Assembly: GCF_964355755.1 (NCBI RefSeq)
Contig: NC_092680.1
Span: 15,819,045 to 15,883,044, forward strand
Direction: 5' to 3'
DNA: 64,000 nt
Source of the DNA: Antedon mediterranea
Taxonomy: Eukaryota; Animalia; Echinodermata
Position 1 is the stretch's first letter. Each line of letters opens with the position of its first letter. The notes beneath the pieces were generated by a model that was not told the DNA's origin, did no database searches, and saw only the letters and a list, made by a program, of their open reading frames with translations. Shown here piece by piece: positions 37,501 to 52,310 of this stretch. The position numbers and the translations under genes are program-made.

Positions 37501-38917
37501 ACAAATTATATTGTAATACATGGGTCGAATGATACTGAAATCATACACTTCCCACTACTGCTGAATTAAATAAATCCGATTTATTTTGCGATTCTCCACA
37601 TAACATGAAGAGGGGAGTCATGCTTTTAAAACAAGGAAGCAAAGTGGTCATTACGAAATAAACAATGTGAATCTTTTTGCTCATACTGTACATTTTTTTA
37701 CAGACACTTGAATGGTATCATTATAAAAGTAGGACTAGTAACCTTTGTACATAAGCCTATAGCGGTAAATGGCAATATTTATTTAATGAAAATCGTCATT
37801 GATATAGAAAAGTCCGCCTGTGTATATATAAGAAACAGTCATATCCTAATATATGAACAGGTACGTGTGGCTTTACCTGTTACTGCTATTTAAAAAAGAA
37901 CTTTCACACGGTTCCAATAATATTGTTTTTTTAGTATATCGTACATTGCTTCAAGACATCTAAAGTAACCAGGGCGTGGCTCAAATGCTAAATTATGGAT
38001 TCATGAATTGATCTGTCTGCTTTCGAATTTGACATGTGACAGCTCAATTAAAAGCGCCATTACATACAACATTTCACAGTTCATTTTTAGTGCATCCATA
38101 CATAAATTATAATACGTGATGTTTCATAAACTTTGTCTCATTATATAATTAGTCTATAGTGAGTAATTAACATTACAAGTGGATTTATAATTGATAATGT
38201 TATTGATTGACACGCTATAATGTAAGCAACAAATCATAAGAAATAATGCGTTAACTTTAATTTTAAAATAAAATAAATACATTTTGATTTACGTTAATAA
38301 TTCTGTATTGAAATAGAATCCCTATAAAGACAGCTTTAGACATTAATAAAGATTCTCCTTAATATGTTTGTTCCCTGAATTAGAAGTTGGTGGCAGGTTG
38401 TTTGTTTGTTTCACTGGGAAATGTTACCTTGCCTGTTTTTATTAACTGTTTTAATTTCTATATTCTGTAAACACATAAGAACGTCAACTCTCATTGCATT
38501 TTAGTGGTATACCGAATAAAAACAAATGTAAATAATATTAATGTCGCCCTCAATTTTACCCAAACAATGTTGTGATTGTTTACCTGTTGCTGAATATTAA
38601 GCTATCAGAAGGTTGATGTCTGTCGTCTATGCAGGATGAAATGATCAGTAGACAGGTTTGATGTCTGAGTCACACTGGTTCTAAAGTTAAGTATTTCCGT
38701 CGGAGATTTATCATTTCCCTCGATCCTGATCAAGATGGAGGAACGAGCAGCCAATAACCTTTAAGATTTTTACATCAATCTATAGTTAGTCTTCAAATCT
38801 TTATCGTTTTGAATCAATCCTCTAGTTAAAATTAGATTTAGAGTATTATTGCCTTTTAGTAGAATTTTTGTAAATGAGTAAATTACTCATTGTTGATAGT
38901 ACTAAATTTAATTCAAA

Positions 38918-39175
38918 TTAAAAAAAAAACAGACAAAAAAGAAAAGAAAAGAGAAGAGAAAAAGGACCCACAAAAAGAACAAAATAAATATATAAAAAAA
39001 AGAAAACAATAATCTAAAAAAAAAGAAAAAATGAAAACAAGAAAAAAAAGACAAAAAAGAAAAAAAGAAAAAGGGGAAAAAGGGAAAAAAGTATAAAAAC
39101 AATTTAAAAAAAAGAAGATAAAGAAAATAAAAAAGGGAGAAAAGGAAAAAAAAAAAGAAGAGAAAAAAAGAAAAC
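38918..39175. repeat. A-rich polypurine low-complexity tract
   Basis: Runs of A punctuated mainly by G over ~260 bp. Confidence 0.9.
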
Positions 39176-39702
39176 GTAGAGTGGAAAAGGCAATAAACAG
39201 CGATACAGGTAAGCTCCAGTAGCCGACAACAACGAATCCCCTTAAAATTAAAATATTATATCCTCATATTCACTCTACAATTGAATGTTTGTCAGAATCA
39301 ATATAGATTAGTTATTTGAGACCTAGAAAAATAGAGTTAAGAAATATGTAATTTCGGTCAATAGTTGGACATAGATTCGAAAGTAGTTGACAGAGGAACG
39401 TGAGTAAATTATATCTAAAGATATGGTTAAAAGGGTGAATACATTCTTTGAGAGAGTAGAACAGAAAAAGCCGTGAGTTTTTTAACCCTGGACACTTAAG
39501 TCAGGATTGAACCCTGGATATTGGGATTAAAAGGCACATACGTTAACCACAAAGCCACAGATCCACTAAGCTAGAATTTTAAATTGTACATGGATTAAAG
39601 TGAATATTGGAAAAGAATATTTAATTCTACTTTCTAGATTTACAAAATATCTTAGCTAGTTTTATTTCAACTGCAAAATTCGCATGTATGTCATAATGAA
39701 AG

Positions 39703-39971
39703 AAAGAATGCTCATCAAAGAATGCTCATCAAAGAATGCTCATCAAAGAATGCTCATCAAAGAATGCTCATCAAAGAATGCTCATCAAAGAATGCTCATC
39801 AAGGAATGCTCATCAAAGAATGCTCATCAAAGAATGCTCATCAAAGAATGCTCATCAAAGAATGCTCATCAAAGAATGTTCATCAAAGAATGCTCATCAA
39901 AGAATGCTCATCAAAGAATGCTCATCAAAGAATGCTCATCAAAGAATGCTCATCAAAGAATGCTCATCAAA
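39703..39971. repeat. Minisatellite, ~19 x 14 bp
   Basis: Unit aaagaatgctcatc, two variant units; explains the three overlapping MLIKECSSKNAHQR ORFs. Confidence 0.97.
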
Positions 39972-42900
39972 AGCATGGAAGGCTTTGAATTCAAACCACG
40001 TGCGCATACACATACTATTTAAAACAGTTATTCTTGGAAATTGTTCATAAGCAGTTACTTATTATCAAGAATAAAGATTGAATGCTGATGATAACTGGTA
40101 TAAGTTACAAATAATGATCAAAAAAGAAAGACAAATATGGTATAAACAAATTTAACTACATAATAACTTCAGTGTGTCTTTAATGAAATTGCAACTGTAA
40201 CATCTGGTCTTATAGAATGCCTAGATTGTGTCCGGATGGCAGCATGTACTTTCACTTTTGATCTAAAACGTGGCATGTATGTCACTATTGCAAAAGTGAT
40301 TTTTTTTTGACAAGGCATACCTGTAATTGAAAATAAGATAATTACACTGCCTAATAGTAATATGTCTTTGTTATTTTTGAACAATAACATTGAAATTAAC
40401 CAGAGGGGTTTACGTTTCAATTTATTTTATGGTATATTGTGTATTATGATGTATTTTGAATGTTTTTTGTCTATCTTGAGTATTGGTTTTAGGCCTAATA
40501 TTTATTGCATTTGTTTGCATCTTGTTATTGAAATTGATTATGATGAAATAAGATTATAAATGAAAACGCCATAAAATATCAAGTTATTATTAATAGTAGT
40601 TTTAACCGCCACAACAATCAGACAAAAAATGTTCTTTAGAAACATTGTATTCATTAGGCCTATATTACCGTATTTTCAGTTTCAGATTTATTTTTAAAAA
40701 ATAGATAAATACATGACATTTAAGCTAATACAAAAAATAATATATTACCGGTATAACAAAACCCACATCGTTATTACTACAATATATTTTCATTATTACC
40801 TTACCAATGTGGCCAAAAAAGTTTCGTTTTCGAACACAATAGCGAAACGGGAGTTCAGATGGTAAAGGTACAGGAAATTTTGTTGACGCAAAATACCTGA
40901 CAGGTGTACTGGGAGATAAATACGACAGGATACGTCCCTGGTACCTATCTAGTGTTGCAGGCTTTTCATTACTTATACACCGGGGATAGGGTGAACATTC
41001 GACACCATAACCTATGGAATTTATTAATAATAATTGCTCTGATTCAACATAAATGATTTTATCTATTGATGAAATTCTTGTAATTTTGGTTTTAAGCACG
41101 ATTTTAATTTTTTTTTAAAGTTAACCGACTTTTGAAGTTGTGGAAAAACTTAACGAAAATTGTTAAATCTGTTATCTTTCAAATTTGTCACGTGGGTACT
41201 TGGCCTAATTAGAACATACAGTATTTCGAAATGAGTAATCTTGATATCCATCCTATGTTTTCTATCTAGTGTTTTGTAGTGTATATGAAAATAGGTTTTT
41301 ATGTAATTTAGTTTAAGCGTTCTTTTCATATCAATGTTAAACTGGTAACAAAGTGGTAGTGTGGCTTAACAGTACAATGCAAATACATTAATACATGAAT
41401 CCCTCTACATGTTTATCATTGTTGTAAGTACACACAACTATTTCAATAAACATGCAATTAAATAATTGAGACCATACAATGATAATTAATATGTAGAATT
41501 ATTAGCTTAGTCGTTGCTTTTTTTGTGTGTAGATATTGGGTATGTATATATATATATAGGTGCAGTATCCATAGCCATACAACAGTAAGCGTGGTGTAAA
41601 TGAATCGTTAACGGAGCTACAAAAATATACCCATCCTACCACAGCTCAGTTACTATTCAATATCATTACATTGACAAAACAGGTCTTTATGATGTATTTT
41701 TTTATAGGCATTTTTTTTTCTTTTGTCAATACTTTTTCAAAGGTGTATACTGTATTTATATTTACTACATGGATAGTGATGCAAATATATGAATATTATA
41801 TTTAGTTTGTTATTCAGTAGTCCAGGGTATAGAATATAACATTAAACGGTGACGACAGAACTGCATTTGACACAGACATGATGAGTCATCCATTATGTTG
41901 CCGTCGTTCCCACAGACATGCATACACTTATCTCTAACTACCATGAACTGATCTGTTTTATAACAAGTTAAAATTCAATTGTAGAAATTTAGGTTTAAAA
42001 CTAATCTAACGAATCATTGTGTTCGTTACGTTTGTGATCTGTAAACATTATTAACTTTCAACAGAACAAAGAATTAATTTGACATCACATGGAAAAATAA
42101 ACATACTGACATGACTGATAGACTATACATGCTATTATAGAAGGAAAATAGTATGATAATTTCAATATTACATTTTAAACAACTACATTTTAAACTTATT
42201 CTAAAATAAAAGCATAGACTCTGACTATGAGAACGGTGGTGAGATTTTATATGTTGAAAGATGTCTTATGTAATGTATAGTAACGCTTTTTGTAAAAAAT
42301 AATTAGTATTTAATAGCTTCAAAAAGTGTACATTATATCGAAACAAGCTCACGTAATTGGATTAACCTATACAGAAAACTTAATAGCCAATTTAACCGAA
42401 TTAGACTAAATACTGCAGGAAAATTGGCCAACTGATAATCTAGTAGAATTTTGCCAAAAATTGAATTTAGGGATAGGTTATAAAGTCAAGTTTTTAAAGA
42501 AAAATTGCAGAAAAAACAGGATATAATACATTATAAAAATAAAAAATTCCCAATGAAAAGTGAGAAAATTGACACTTATAGAGTGTGGTTATCAATATCA
42601 AAGAAAAAGTGCACTTGAGTGACATAGCGAAAATTGAATAATTAGTTGACAATGTAATTGATACAGCTACAGTAAATCTCTATAGGTATATCTTGTTATT
42701 TTAGCACAGGATAGGCGTAGATAAACTGTTGATTTTTATTATAGGAATTTCCTTTTTCCGAAATTCACCTGTACAACGCCCTCAAATTGATTCTTGCAAG
42801 ATCACTGGACATCCTATAATTAATTACCTATTATTTCACGTTATTAAATCCAATACTATTGCTTCCGTATGTTGTTCTTTGTCGTCTTTGATAAGAACAT

Positions 42901-43467
42901 TGTTAACTTAATTATTTAATATTGGTAATTATGTTTGCAACGGCACAATTTGTTAAATCAGGGAAGTGCGATAGAGATACACTCTCTTTAAATGAACTTT
43001 AGCTGCTTCTGAAAGCATGTATCAGCATTTTAAAAGAAGACTCGCTTATGATTTTAGTTGGATAAAACGTGAATTCCGCTGGGTTATTTAAGCATGATTA
43101 TTAGAATAAATCGCATTAGGTTGTGAAATTCACAAAGGAATAATAGTCATATTTTGTTTTCTTTGTCTGATTTATCAGAACTTTTCATGTGCTATTCAAT
43201 ACTAAATAGTATCTTAGCTTTTAGATACTTTATATAATATTATGTGAATTGTTAAAACATTTACATTATTTTAATATATCAACATTATTCTGAACAATGC
43301 CATAAAAATGTTCTCTTCTATTTTTTTACTCTGTATAATTAATAATAAAAAACTGAATTTTATTTACTTTAAATTTATCTTTAGGCAATGTGACCAATAG
43401 TAAACTAATCACTGTCCTATCATGTAATCTTCCTGATACAGGGCTATTTTGTGAATCAGTTCACTGA

Positions 43468-43625
43468 GGTAACCCCCTAATCTTTTCAAATAATGAACTG
43501 GGTTCTTTAAAGTGCACACAGGTTATAACTGTGTACACTGGACGACATATGCTTTATAGTCCTTATCTGAGAGGACTCTATCCACCAACCAGAACTAGGA
43601 GCGAGTCCGCCTCGAACCCTTGCAT
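43468..43625 (-). mobile_element. Diverged copy of the Deu/Nin-type SINE
   Basis: Shares ggttctttaaagtgcaca..gtgtacactggac..tttatagtccttatc..cctcgaacccttgc with 49541-49760; a further fragment lies at ~4040-4105. Confidence 0.75.
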
Positions 43626-43789
43626 CTTTATGTACGGTAAACGGGGCCCTGCGCAAAGCTTCACAACAGTTTCATCTTGCCATATTGTTAGTATCATCAT
43701 GTTATGGAATACCTGATACGACGAGCATGTCATCGTATCAGTGCCCATTCGGAGGTTTTACATACTATAGTTTCAACCGCATTGTGAAC

Positions 43790-43960
43790 TGTTAACGAAG
43801 AATAATCTGCCAATTTGTAACGTGTTTTAAGGCCCATGGTACTGTTAAGCTGTATTTCGGACATCATAATTACCGGTTAAGGCCAAAATGTCACAATTTT
43901 CTGATTCTTGAATACGTTTTAACTTTCCGGACATTGAAAGTGACCCTTATCTATTTCTGG
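43790..43960 (-). mobile_element. Possible degenerate LINE endonuclease N-terminus
   Basis: Minus strand yields IRVTFNVRK and ENCDILALT in shifting frames, similar to APE motifs TWNVR and DILxLxE. Confidence 0.35.
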
Positions 43961-45663
43961 TACCATATCAGAGAATCCTTGACTTCACCCATCTTCATTA
44001 TCTATTTTCGGCCATTTTCCGCAGGTCGTCCAAGAATATTTTTTAAGAAACAATTTGTATATGACTTTTTTGAAAAAAATCTTGATTACTGAGGTGACTG
44101 ATATTTCCACGGTCAGTGACATGTGTCATTGAGACATCTTAAATCGTCTGTCACATGTAACTTCAGGTCTTAACAGGTGCGTATCTATTTCGATAGGTTT
44201 TAGACGTTGTTCTACTGTTTTTGGCATACCAAGGGTAGACAAGAATTACCTACGAAGGTCTACATACTCATCTTCATTACAATAATAAATAAATCCCCTA
44301 TCAATCAATATTAATTTACAAACGTAGGCCCTACTACTCACTGAGTAGTACTCACAATGTTTGATGTGCGCCAGTTTTGGGAGTTCGTGGGATTCATGGG
44401 GGTACGTACCCTGTACAACGCTTACGTGTTTTAATTCTTTGAAAAAATACAAGTACTGTTATCGGAGCAGAAATATTTATTCAATACAATTTAGATTGTT
44501 TATTTCAGAAAAAACATACAAAAGACACAAAATATGAAATTAACTGAACTTGCCAGAAATAGGTCTGTAATGTGTGGATATTTGGAACTATATTCAAGTC
44601 AAGTAATATGAGTCATTATGGAAATGGGATTTGTAACTCTAATTTTGGTTGAATTTCTGTTTCATGGTTGTATATACATTCCCATAAGATCCAGTTAAAC
44701 GCCTAAATCATTTCGGCATTTAACGTGAACTTGGTTGTACAAAGAACGAGGATGGCACACTATTGATCGTTTTATGGCGCTTTTTTTATGAGACATTTTA
44801 GTTCCTATGTTTAATGCAAATTATAAAATGTTCATTAAAATATAAATAAAGAAAATGTGTCAGATTAGAAACAAGGAATAGTTAATGAAAACATCGACAT
44901 AGTCAATTGAGATTTGGGATAAATGGAGATTAACATGATCTGGGTAGAAATAAGAAGATTAATTTCCGATTTATTCCACACGATTAGTATAATTAAAACG
45001 GATTCACAAAAATTGAAAACAGGTGATACTCTTCCCAAACGTCCATCCCAAACGATAATTATGATAGGAATAACTTAACTTGTTAATTTAAGTTGTAATG
45101 GGTTAGAAACTCATTAAAAATAATTTCAGTAATGTATAACTAATAATGTGCAATTATTAATTAATTGACATCACCTATGTTTTTACTCTATACACAGACA
45201 GAGTCGTTTTCTAAACATTAAAGTTTTATAATCGTAATCGTTTATTTTGTTCACATAAAATAGATCCAATGATTAACATAGAAGACATCTAAAGAGGGTG
45301 GAGGATATACACTTCTTGAGCACGATAGTGGGCTTGTAGGCCTATCACTTTGTCTCCTAACGCCCTTCTTTTCATTCTTTAATTCTTGTTTATCACGCTG
45401 AAAGGAATTTCGATCGGTAGTAGAATATGTATATATTAGAAAATTCCATTAAATGTAGCATATAATATAGAAACTATGTTAAACTTAAAATGAATCGTGA
45501 AGGTAAATAGGTTTATAATATGTGTGTGTATAGTATATATATTTGTAATGGATGTAATATAAGGTCAAAACATACAAACTGTGAAAGAAAAAATTGCTCA
45601 AACTGTGAAAGGAAACAAACCAAAATGTATTAATAGAGAGTAAATTTAAGTAGTAAATTTAAG

Positions 45664-45752
45664 CGTCGGTTGGTCGGTCGATTTGTCGGTCGGTCGGTTG
45701 GTCGGTAAACACTAACTTGAGCAAGCGACTGCAGCCATGTATATGTCCTTGG
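45664..45752 (+). mobile_element. HINE/DINE-1-like element, 3' part
   Basis: (GGTY)n followed by cactaact..gcgactgcagccatgtatatg; a 5' fragment of the family lies at 61507-61547. Confidence 0.6.
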
Positions 45753-48700
45753 TAAAGCATACTTTTACTGCATTGATTGTATGTGCATGTATAGATATAC
45801 AGTATAAAAGTACCTTTTTAACTACTTTATTTAATTGTACTGTTTTATATTTTTACATAAATGTATAGTATGTATTTGTATAATGTACCGTTGTATAGTA
45901 ATAGAATAAATAAATGTGGGTGACCCCCACCCCCCCCCCCCCGAAAAAGAAAAAAAAACGCCAGTCATTATTGTAATAAATCATATGTTTCAATTACTAT
46001 CATAATTTGTTATCCCGACAAGAATCTAAATGCTTATCAGTTGAGGCCTAGCATTTACGTGGATGTAGGTTATTCCTTCGTTACATTCGTTATTTCCATT
46101 TTATCAATAATACTGTCATCAGAATGTCAAAAAGATAAATCCGTAAGGAATTTAACTTAAATAATCAAGCTAATCGTAAGCTGTCATTTAAATATCATAA
46201 CTATCAAGAGAAAGGGAAAGTAAGAGTACTCATCATCTTGATATAGTAATTGATGACGTCACAACAACTTCTCTAGATTTTAAATAAAAGTTACTCTTTT
46301 TTGCTGATTGTAAATGGAGCTTCATTGTACTGTATCATCACTATCTTATATTGTTATACTGATGATTTTTATGAAAATATACTTATCTCAGACTGACAAC
46401 AAGGCTACAATTAGTGGAGTTCAAAGTTCAAAAACATTTCAATAACAGTTATATTAGCAAGTAAAAAAATTATATATAAACAAATAGATCAGAACAAACT
46501 TATATAAAACAAGACCATTATCAGAATCACTGTTAATGTCAGGCCACAACACACAGGTGGTTTACAATCGACATCATAATATTTAAATTAAATTACTGAT
46601 GACAACCAATGAATATTAAATAACCTTTAATATTGAATTGAACTATAAGAAACACTTCATTTCGAAAAGTCAATACAGTTTTAAATACTGGAGAAAATGC
46701 AAGTATGACAAGGCCTCCACTGTGAGAAAGAATTGAAATTGATAAATTCAAATGGAAATTACCAAATTCGTCATGCTGGAATAAATTGGCATTACATGTT
46801 ATAGGTTAGAGCTGTGTTAAGCTCTTTGTTGCATGGTGCACGCGATGCAACAGGTAGATTTGTCAATGATTGTGCTGTTTATATTATTAGCACTGTATTA
46901 TGATGTTCCAAAAAAAAAATCAGGAAAAAGGTGCTATCATTACAGTACAATAGAACTCCTCTTCTGACACAACACTATTTTAGGAGACATTTTGGAACTT
47001 TGATTTTCCATTAAAATTTGTTGCAGTACTGTATTTCTTTCTAGTGAAAATAAAAAGATAAATATTTGTTTGAATTATACAACATTTTTAGGAATGCATA
47101 ATTTCATCGATGGTCAGAAATCTTTATAAAGCTTTGCTGTTATTAGTTATGAAAAATGTTGTTGTGGGCACCGATTTGGAGCAAGAGCAGTTAATGTTGT
47201 TCAGGCCTACGCATATTGATTGCTCCTGACAAGTTTGTTCTTGATATAACATGCCGAATAAATGTCATTATTATTATATGAGAGACGTAGGCCTAAACTA
47301 TGATATTTTTTTGGATCTGCATATAGTATAGTATAACTTTAAGAACAGGGAACCGTGCAACTAAACTCTCTGCTACTATAAAAATAAACATTCCTCAAAA
47401 TCTATGAATATATTACTGTACTATAAATTCCTATAGCTCAGTGACTAAGGAATCTAAGCATAAAGAGAATTTCAGTCATATATTACAAACGAATAAAACG
47501 ACATGATATAACGTGTTAGTGGTTACGATTATCTTATATAATTTGTATTTATCGAAAGATAACAATGAAGATTTGGTTAACACTAAATGCTGTAGCTGGA
47601 TCTACCAGATTAATTAAAATCAAAAATACTAATTCTGTAAATGCATAAGCTTTGTATCTAAACAGCTGGTCTAATGTGTAACATGAACTCTTTAACTTTA
47701 TACAAGACTTAACTCGACGAATAATAATAGAAAACACACAAACACATTTGTTATTAGGCACTTTGTATAAGTATCTTTATATTGATGATTTAGAACGAAA
47801 AGGCGAGCATTTCAGAAATTAAATCTATTGGTCAGGTAATTGTCAGAACTTTAATCAAAGTTAATAATATTTAATGTTAATCTTTTAACTGAAATTCTAC
47901 ATTTTTCCTTCTGAAACTTTTGCTTATTGTTTTACAATATTATATTTTACCCATTGTCCGGAAAATAAAAATAATGCATAATATCTATCGTGTTGAACTA
48001 AATTATTGAATTATTCGAAATATTGTGCAAAATCAATGAATAAATAACCCTGTAGTGACCTAAGCCCAGGTACCGATACCTAAGACCCACTCATCTTTAT
48101 ACTGTGAGTCATTATAGTTTCAACAAGTTTGATGTTGTTTGGAAAAAAACGAACATGACATTTCTTTGCAAACAAGAAACGATGCGTCCATCAAAGCCCA
48201 TATGTTGTCATTCCGAACTTTTGCAAACCTGTTCAATAAGACTACAAATTATACTATTTATCTAGTCAATGTGACTCACCAATTCCAACAGATACAATTG
48301 CTGTAACATTGTTTGATCAGGAATGCATACGTATTCTTATAATAAGAAACACAAGTCTCCTATTTAACAATAATTAATCGCAAAGTTACTTCAAGAGTGT
48401 CATGCCAAAAAGTCTAAATAAAAAATCGATAACAATACATGAATAAAGACAATAATAGCTCAAAAAATGGTTTTGTCCAAACTTAGATTTAGATTTAGCA
48501 TAATGTTGAAAAAAAAGTGAAATAAAATAATTATGATGGAATTCATTATCTAAATTAGTAGCAAGAGAGAAGAGAGTAAAATATTCACTATACATTAAAT
48601 CTATTACGAAATAACTGTGTAACATGTAATTTAACTTTTCCACATATTTAACCATGTTAATATCTCATAATTCATACATCAATATTCAAAACAATTAGAG

Positions 48701-49540
48701 GAAGGATCTGGGGTTCATTATCGGGGAAGGTGCAAATGAATTTAGTAATTAAAAAAAAAATTATTTAACTGATATTAGGCCTATCTACATGAGTAAAAAG
48801 AGTAGTACAATATTCAATATACAATACATATATTACAAAATAAGTGTGTAACGTTTAATTTAACTCTTCCACATATTTAACCCTTTTAAGGCTCATCTTT
48901 TTTAGTCTAATTCATGCACCAATTTTCTCAATAAAGTAAGTACAACCGTTTGGCGTAATTGGTAATTGCAGTAACTGACCCTTGTTTCCTAAATTTTAAC
49001 GTTTAAATGCATGTTCAGACGATGTACCTCTATCGTCAAAACAATTAGAGGAAGGATCTGGTGCTCATTATCGGGGAAGGTGCAAATGATGTTAGTAATT
49101 TAAAACTTGCAATCTCTACACATCTTTATCAGAATTTCCTTCCTACCGGGGTTACCACGGAAGGGAAATTTGTGATAACACAATTTTAAACGAGATTTAT
49201 TTCAACCAGGTAAATCTTCTTATCAAGCGTGTAAACCATATTCGAAAACAAATTGATTTCAGTGACAATACACCGTTAACACTATAATATAAAGGTATAA
49301 TATTCACATTAATTTAGTCCTATCTTGTTCATATTTGTCTTCAACATGATGATGACCTAAACAGACAAACCTTTTCTCTATTTTTTCTCGCTTAAGTTAA
49401 AAACATCTTCTTCTTCCAATTTAGTGCAATTTTCAGACTTGAAGATTATAGCAATTTTGGTGGGATGTGAATTGAGTTAGTTTTTGTAAAGACCAATTTG
49501 CACAGTGGCTGTGTGTGACAGTGGCTGTGTTTGTGTGGAC

Positions 49541-49760
49541 TAGTACACCGGAGTAACCCCCTACTCGTCTCGAAAGATGTACTAGGTTCTTTAAAGTGCA
49601 CATGAGCTATGTGTACACTGGACCTACGGTTTATAGTCCTTATCCGAGAAGACTCGTTCTACCACCAGAACCATGGAGCGAGTGAGCCTCGAACCCTTGC
49701 CGATGTTATGGCTACGTAATTACGGTTCCACTGTCTTAACCGCTCGGCCACTCACTCGCA
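49541..49760 (-). mobile_element. tRNA-derived SINE with Deu/Nin-like central domain
   Basis: Minus strand: A box tggccgagcgg, B box ggttcgaggc, then ggataaggactataaaccgtaggtcc..ttaaagaacc..gagtagggggttactccggtgt, resembling the DeuSINE conserved domain as I recall it. Confidence 0.75.
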
Positions 49761-50857
49761 TTCGTAATGGTTACTCTTTTATAGTTCATTAATCTAACCT
49801 TTTGTCAGCCTATCTCTCTCTCAAAAAGTATATGTGTATCCTTAACCAAACAAAGGATATTAACACTGAACTAAACTGACTTATCTTTCAGGATGATGTT
49901 ATCGAGTGATTTTGGTCCTTAGCGGTTTCAATCTTATTTCACTTCTTTCATTAGGCAGGATCTTCTTAGATAATAAAATATCATTTCTAATTTACAGAAA
50001 ATGAATTGGTAAAGCTCATTGCAACTTTCTTATATATTTTTGAAAGGATATAGAGTAACAACATCAAGAACAACTTAGCATTAAATAACGAATACTCAAT
50101 TGATGAGGATACCGTCAAAAGAAAAGCTTACAAGATAAATTAAAGGAAATCGAAGTATCAATATTATTACACTGCAACCAATCACCAATAATTACCATGT
50201 CACCGAAAGACTTAACTTATAACATGTAATTATTCATTATCTTTGCAAATATCACTTTACGTGTTCAGTGTTTATTATAATTAAAAGGCAAATTATCATT
50301 GTGGACTTCTACCATAAATCGGTGCTCGTAGTCTATTTTTAACTATTTAAAATGAAAGTAGAATAAAAAAGACCAAATATGATAATTATGATTTCCATAA
50401 TTGTGTTTCCTGGGCGAGGTTTATCATTTTTAAATCAACATCTACTTAAACGATCTGTCATAGCAGTGACGTAATAAGCTTGAGCCAGGATCAGATTAAA
50501 ACATGACTCCAACACATGGAATAGAGCCAATACTGAGTTTGAGAACTAAACAAAATAACTAAATTATATATTATTGAAATTTCCGCTTTAGCCATATATA
50601 ATGTTAGTCATTGTTGCATGCAGAAAACTGGTAAATGTTTATAATAGTATAAAATAATAATTGTATATTGTTACCATTTGTGAAATGTGTATTTGATCAC
50701 TGAAATATTATAATGCCTTCATTGAATTAACCTATTTAACACTTCTCTCTGTATTGTTCTGACATTGGAGTAAAGTAAACTTGATAATTATGAATGAATT
50801 GGGCCAAGGAAACTGCAATACAAAATACATGTTTAATTATAAGAGCTACATCCAATG

Positions 50858-51044
50858 AAGGCAATATAACAACTGCCTTGTATAATGTAGAAATAGAAAT
50901 AATGTTTTACAAAATTGCATGCTTCTTCTTTCTTATCCTCTGTTTGATCAAGACAATATAACAACTGCCTTGATCAAACAGAGGATAAGAGAGAAGCATG
51001 TACTTTCGTAAAACATTATTTCTATTTTTATTTTACATTATACA
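50858..51044. repeat. Imperfect inverted duplication with ~74-bp arms
   Basis: 50879-50952 is the reverse complement of 50969-51044; 23-nt aag(g/a)caatataacaactgccttg occurs at 50858 and 50950. Confidence 0.9.
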
Positions 51045-52310
51045 TTTTCATACATACTCGAATATAATTACCTATTTTTTATCGATGTTTATAATATAAT
51101 ATAATATAAAATTATACATTTTATAAGATGAGTTATTATTTTTTCGCAAACCTTCTAAATTCATTATTGTATATTTTAGGACAAATACATTAAGGTGGTG
51201 ATTAACCGTCCCTCCCCATTTCTAATATTGTGTGATTCACTCGACCATTTCCGAACCTGACAATTGTTGGAATCGATGAGAAAGGGGAAAGACCACCTGG
51301 AGGTGTAAGTCACATCTAGTGATACGTCGATCATTGTGTCGTGATTTTTGACCTACCAATAAAGCCTTTTAATTTATGACAATTAAATCTCTCTCGTATA
51401 GTGACATGATAACCCTTGATATTTTTGCGAAACACACACTTGCTCATATTTTTTTTTTAATTTGTAGGCTAACAGCGAATTATTGCATTAGGAGACTTAC
51501 CAATATGTTCACACAGTACAATTCCACTACTTTTCACTACTAACAGCAAGTATACATCATCTATATTATAAGATGGATATACCACGTCCTAGCACTTAAT
51601 TAACCTTACCCTCTATTAAACGAGTACGGTATACATTCAATTGATAATTTTGCTAATTTGTTTAATGCAGTGTATTCAGTAATGATTGTAACATGACGAT
51701 TATAGATAATAATAATAATAGGGTTATTGATAGAAAATCTAATAATGTGAAATAATATTAGATAGTAATTAAACAGCAGCAATATTAGTTTAAGGGTACC
51801 GTAGTTTACGTTCTAACTAATCAACCTCTGATTCATTATTATTATTATTATATTTCTTAATTTAGTTATCGCACTACTAGTATCCTTAAATGTTTGACAG
51901 TAAATAATAACAAAAACCTTCGATGAGGTCTCCAATTATTACAATTTATTAAAGTTTCCTGTATTCCTAATTACGGGTGAAAGATTTTACTTCCTCGATA
52001 GAGTTATTAGAAGAGGGCAGGCTCTGTTACTTAGGTCTAGTAATTTCTTATTTATTACTTTAGCACAACGGTATTCAATGTATTATAATTGCTAAATATA
52101 ATCCATGTTGAAATTCGTTTAAGTGAGTTGATTGCATTAAAAGATTTGTAAGTTAACATTTTTAATAATAATAAGATGAAATAGCTTGCTTAGTGTCACC
52201 GATCAAACTTGATTGAGGGAACGTGACCTCGGAAGGGGCTGTTGTTGAACTTTATGACGTATTGCAGAGTTGTCTAACGGACAGCAACTCTACATAATTC
52301 ACTTAGCAGG

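Noticed and set aside
38908-39102. Phe-rich hydrophobic ORF
   Set aside because: Reverse translation of an A-rich low-complexity tract.
39684-40050. Three overlapping repetitive ORFs (MLIKECSSKNAHQR)n
   Set aside because: By-product of a stop-free 14-bp minisatellite.
49640-49760. tRNA gene
   Set aside because: A and B boxes present but no clean cloverleaf, and it continues into a multi-copy SINE body.
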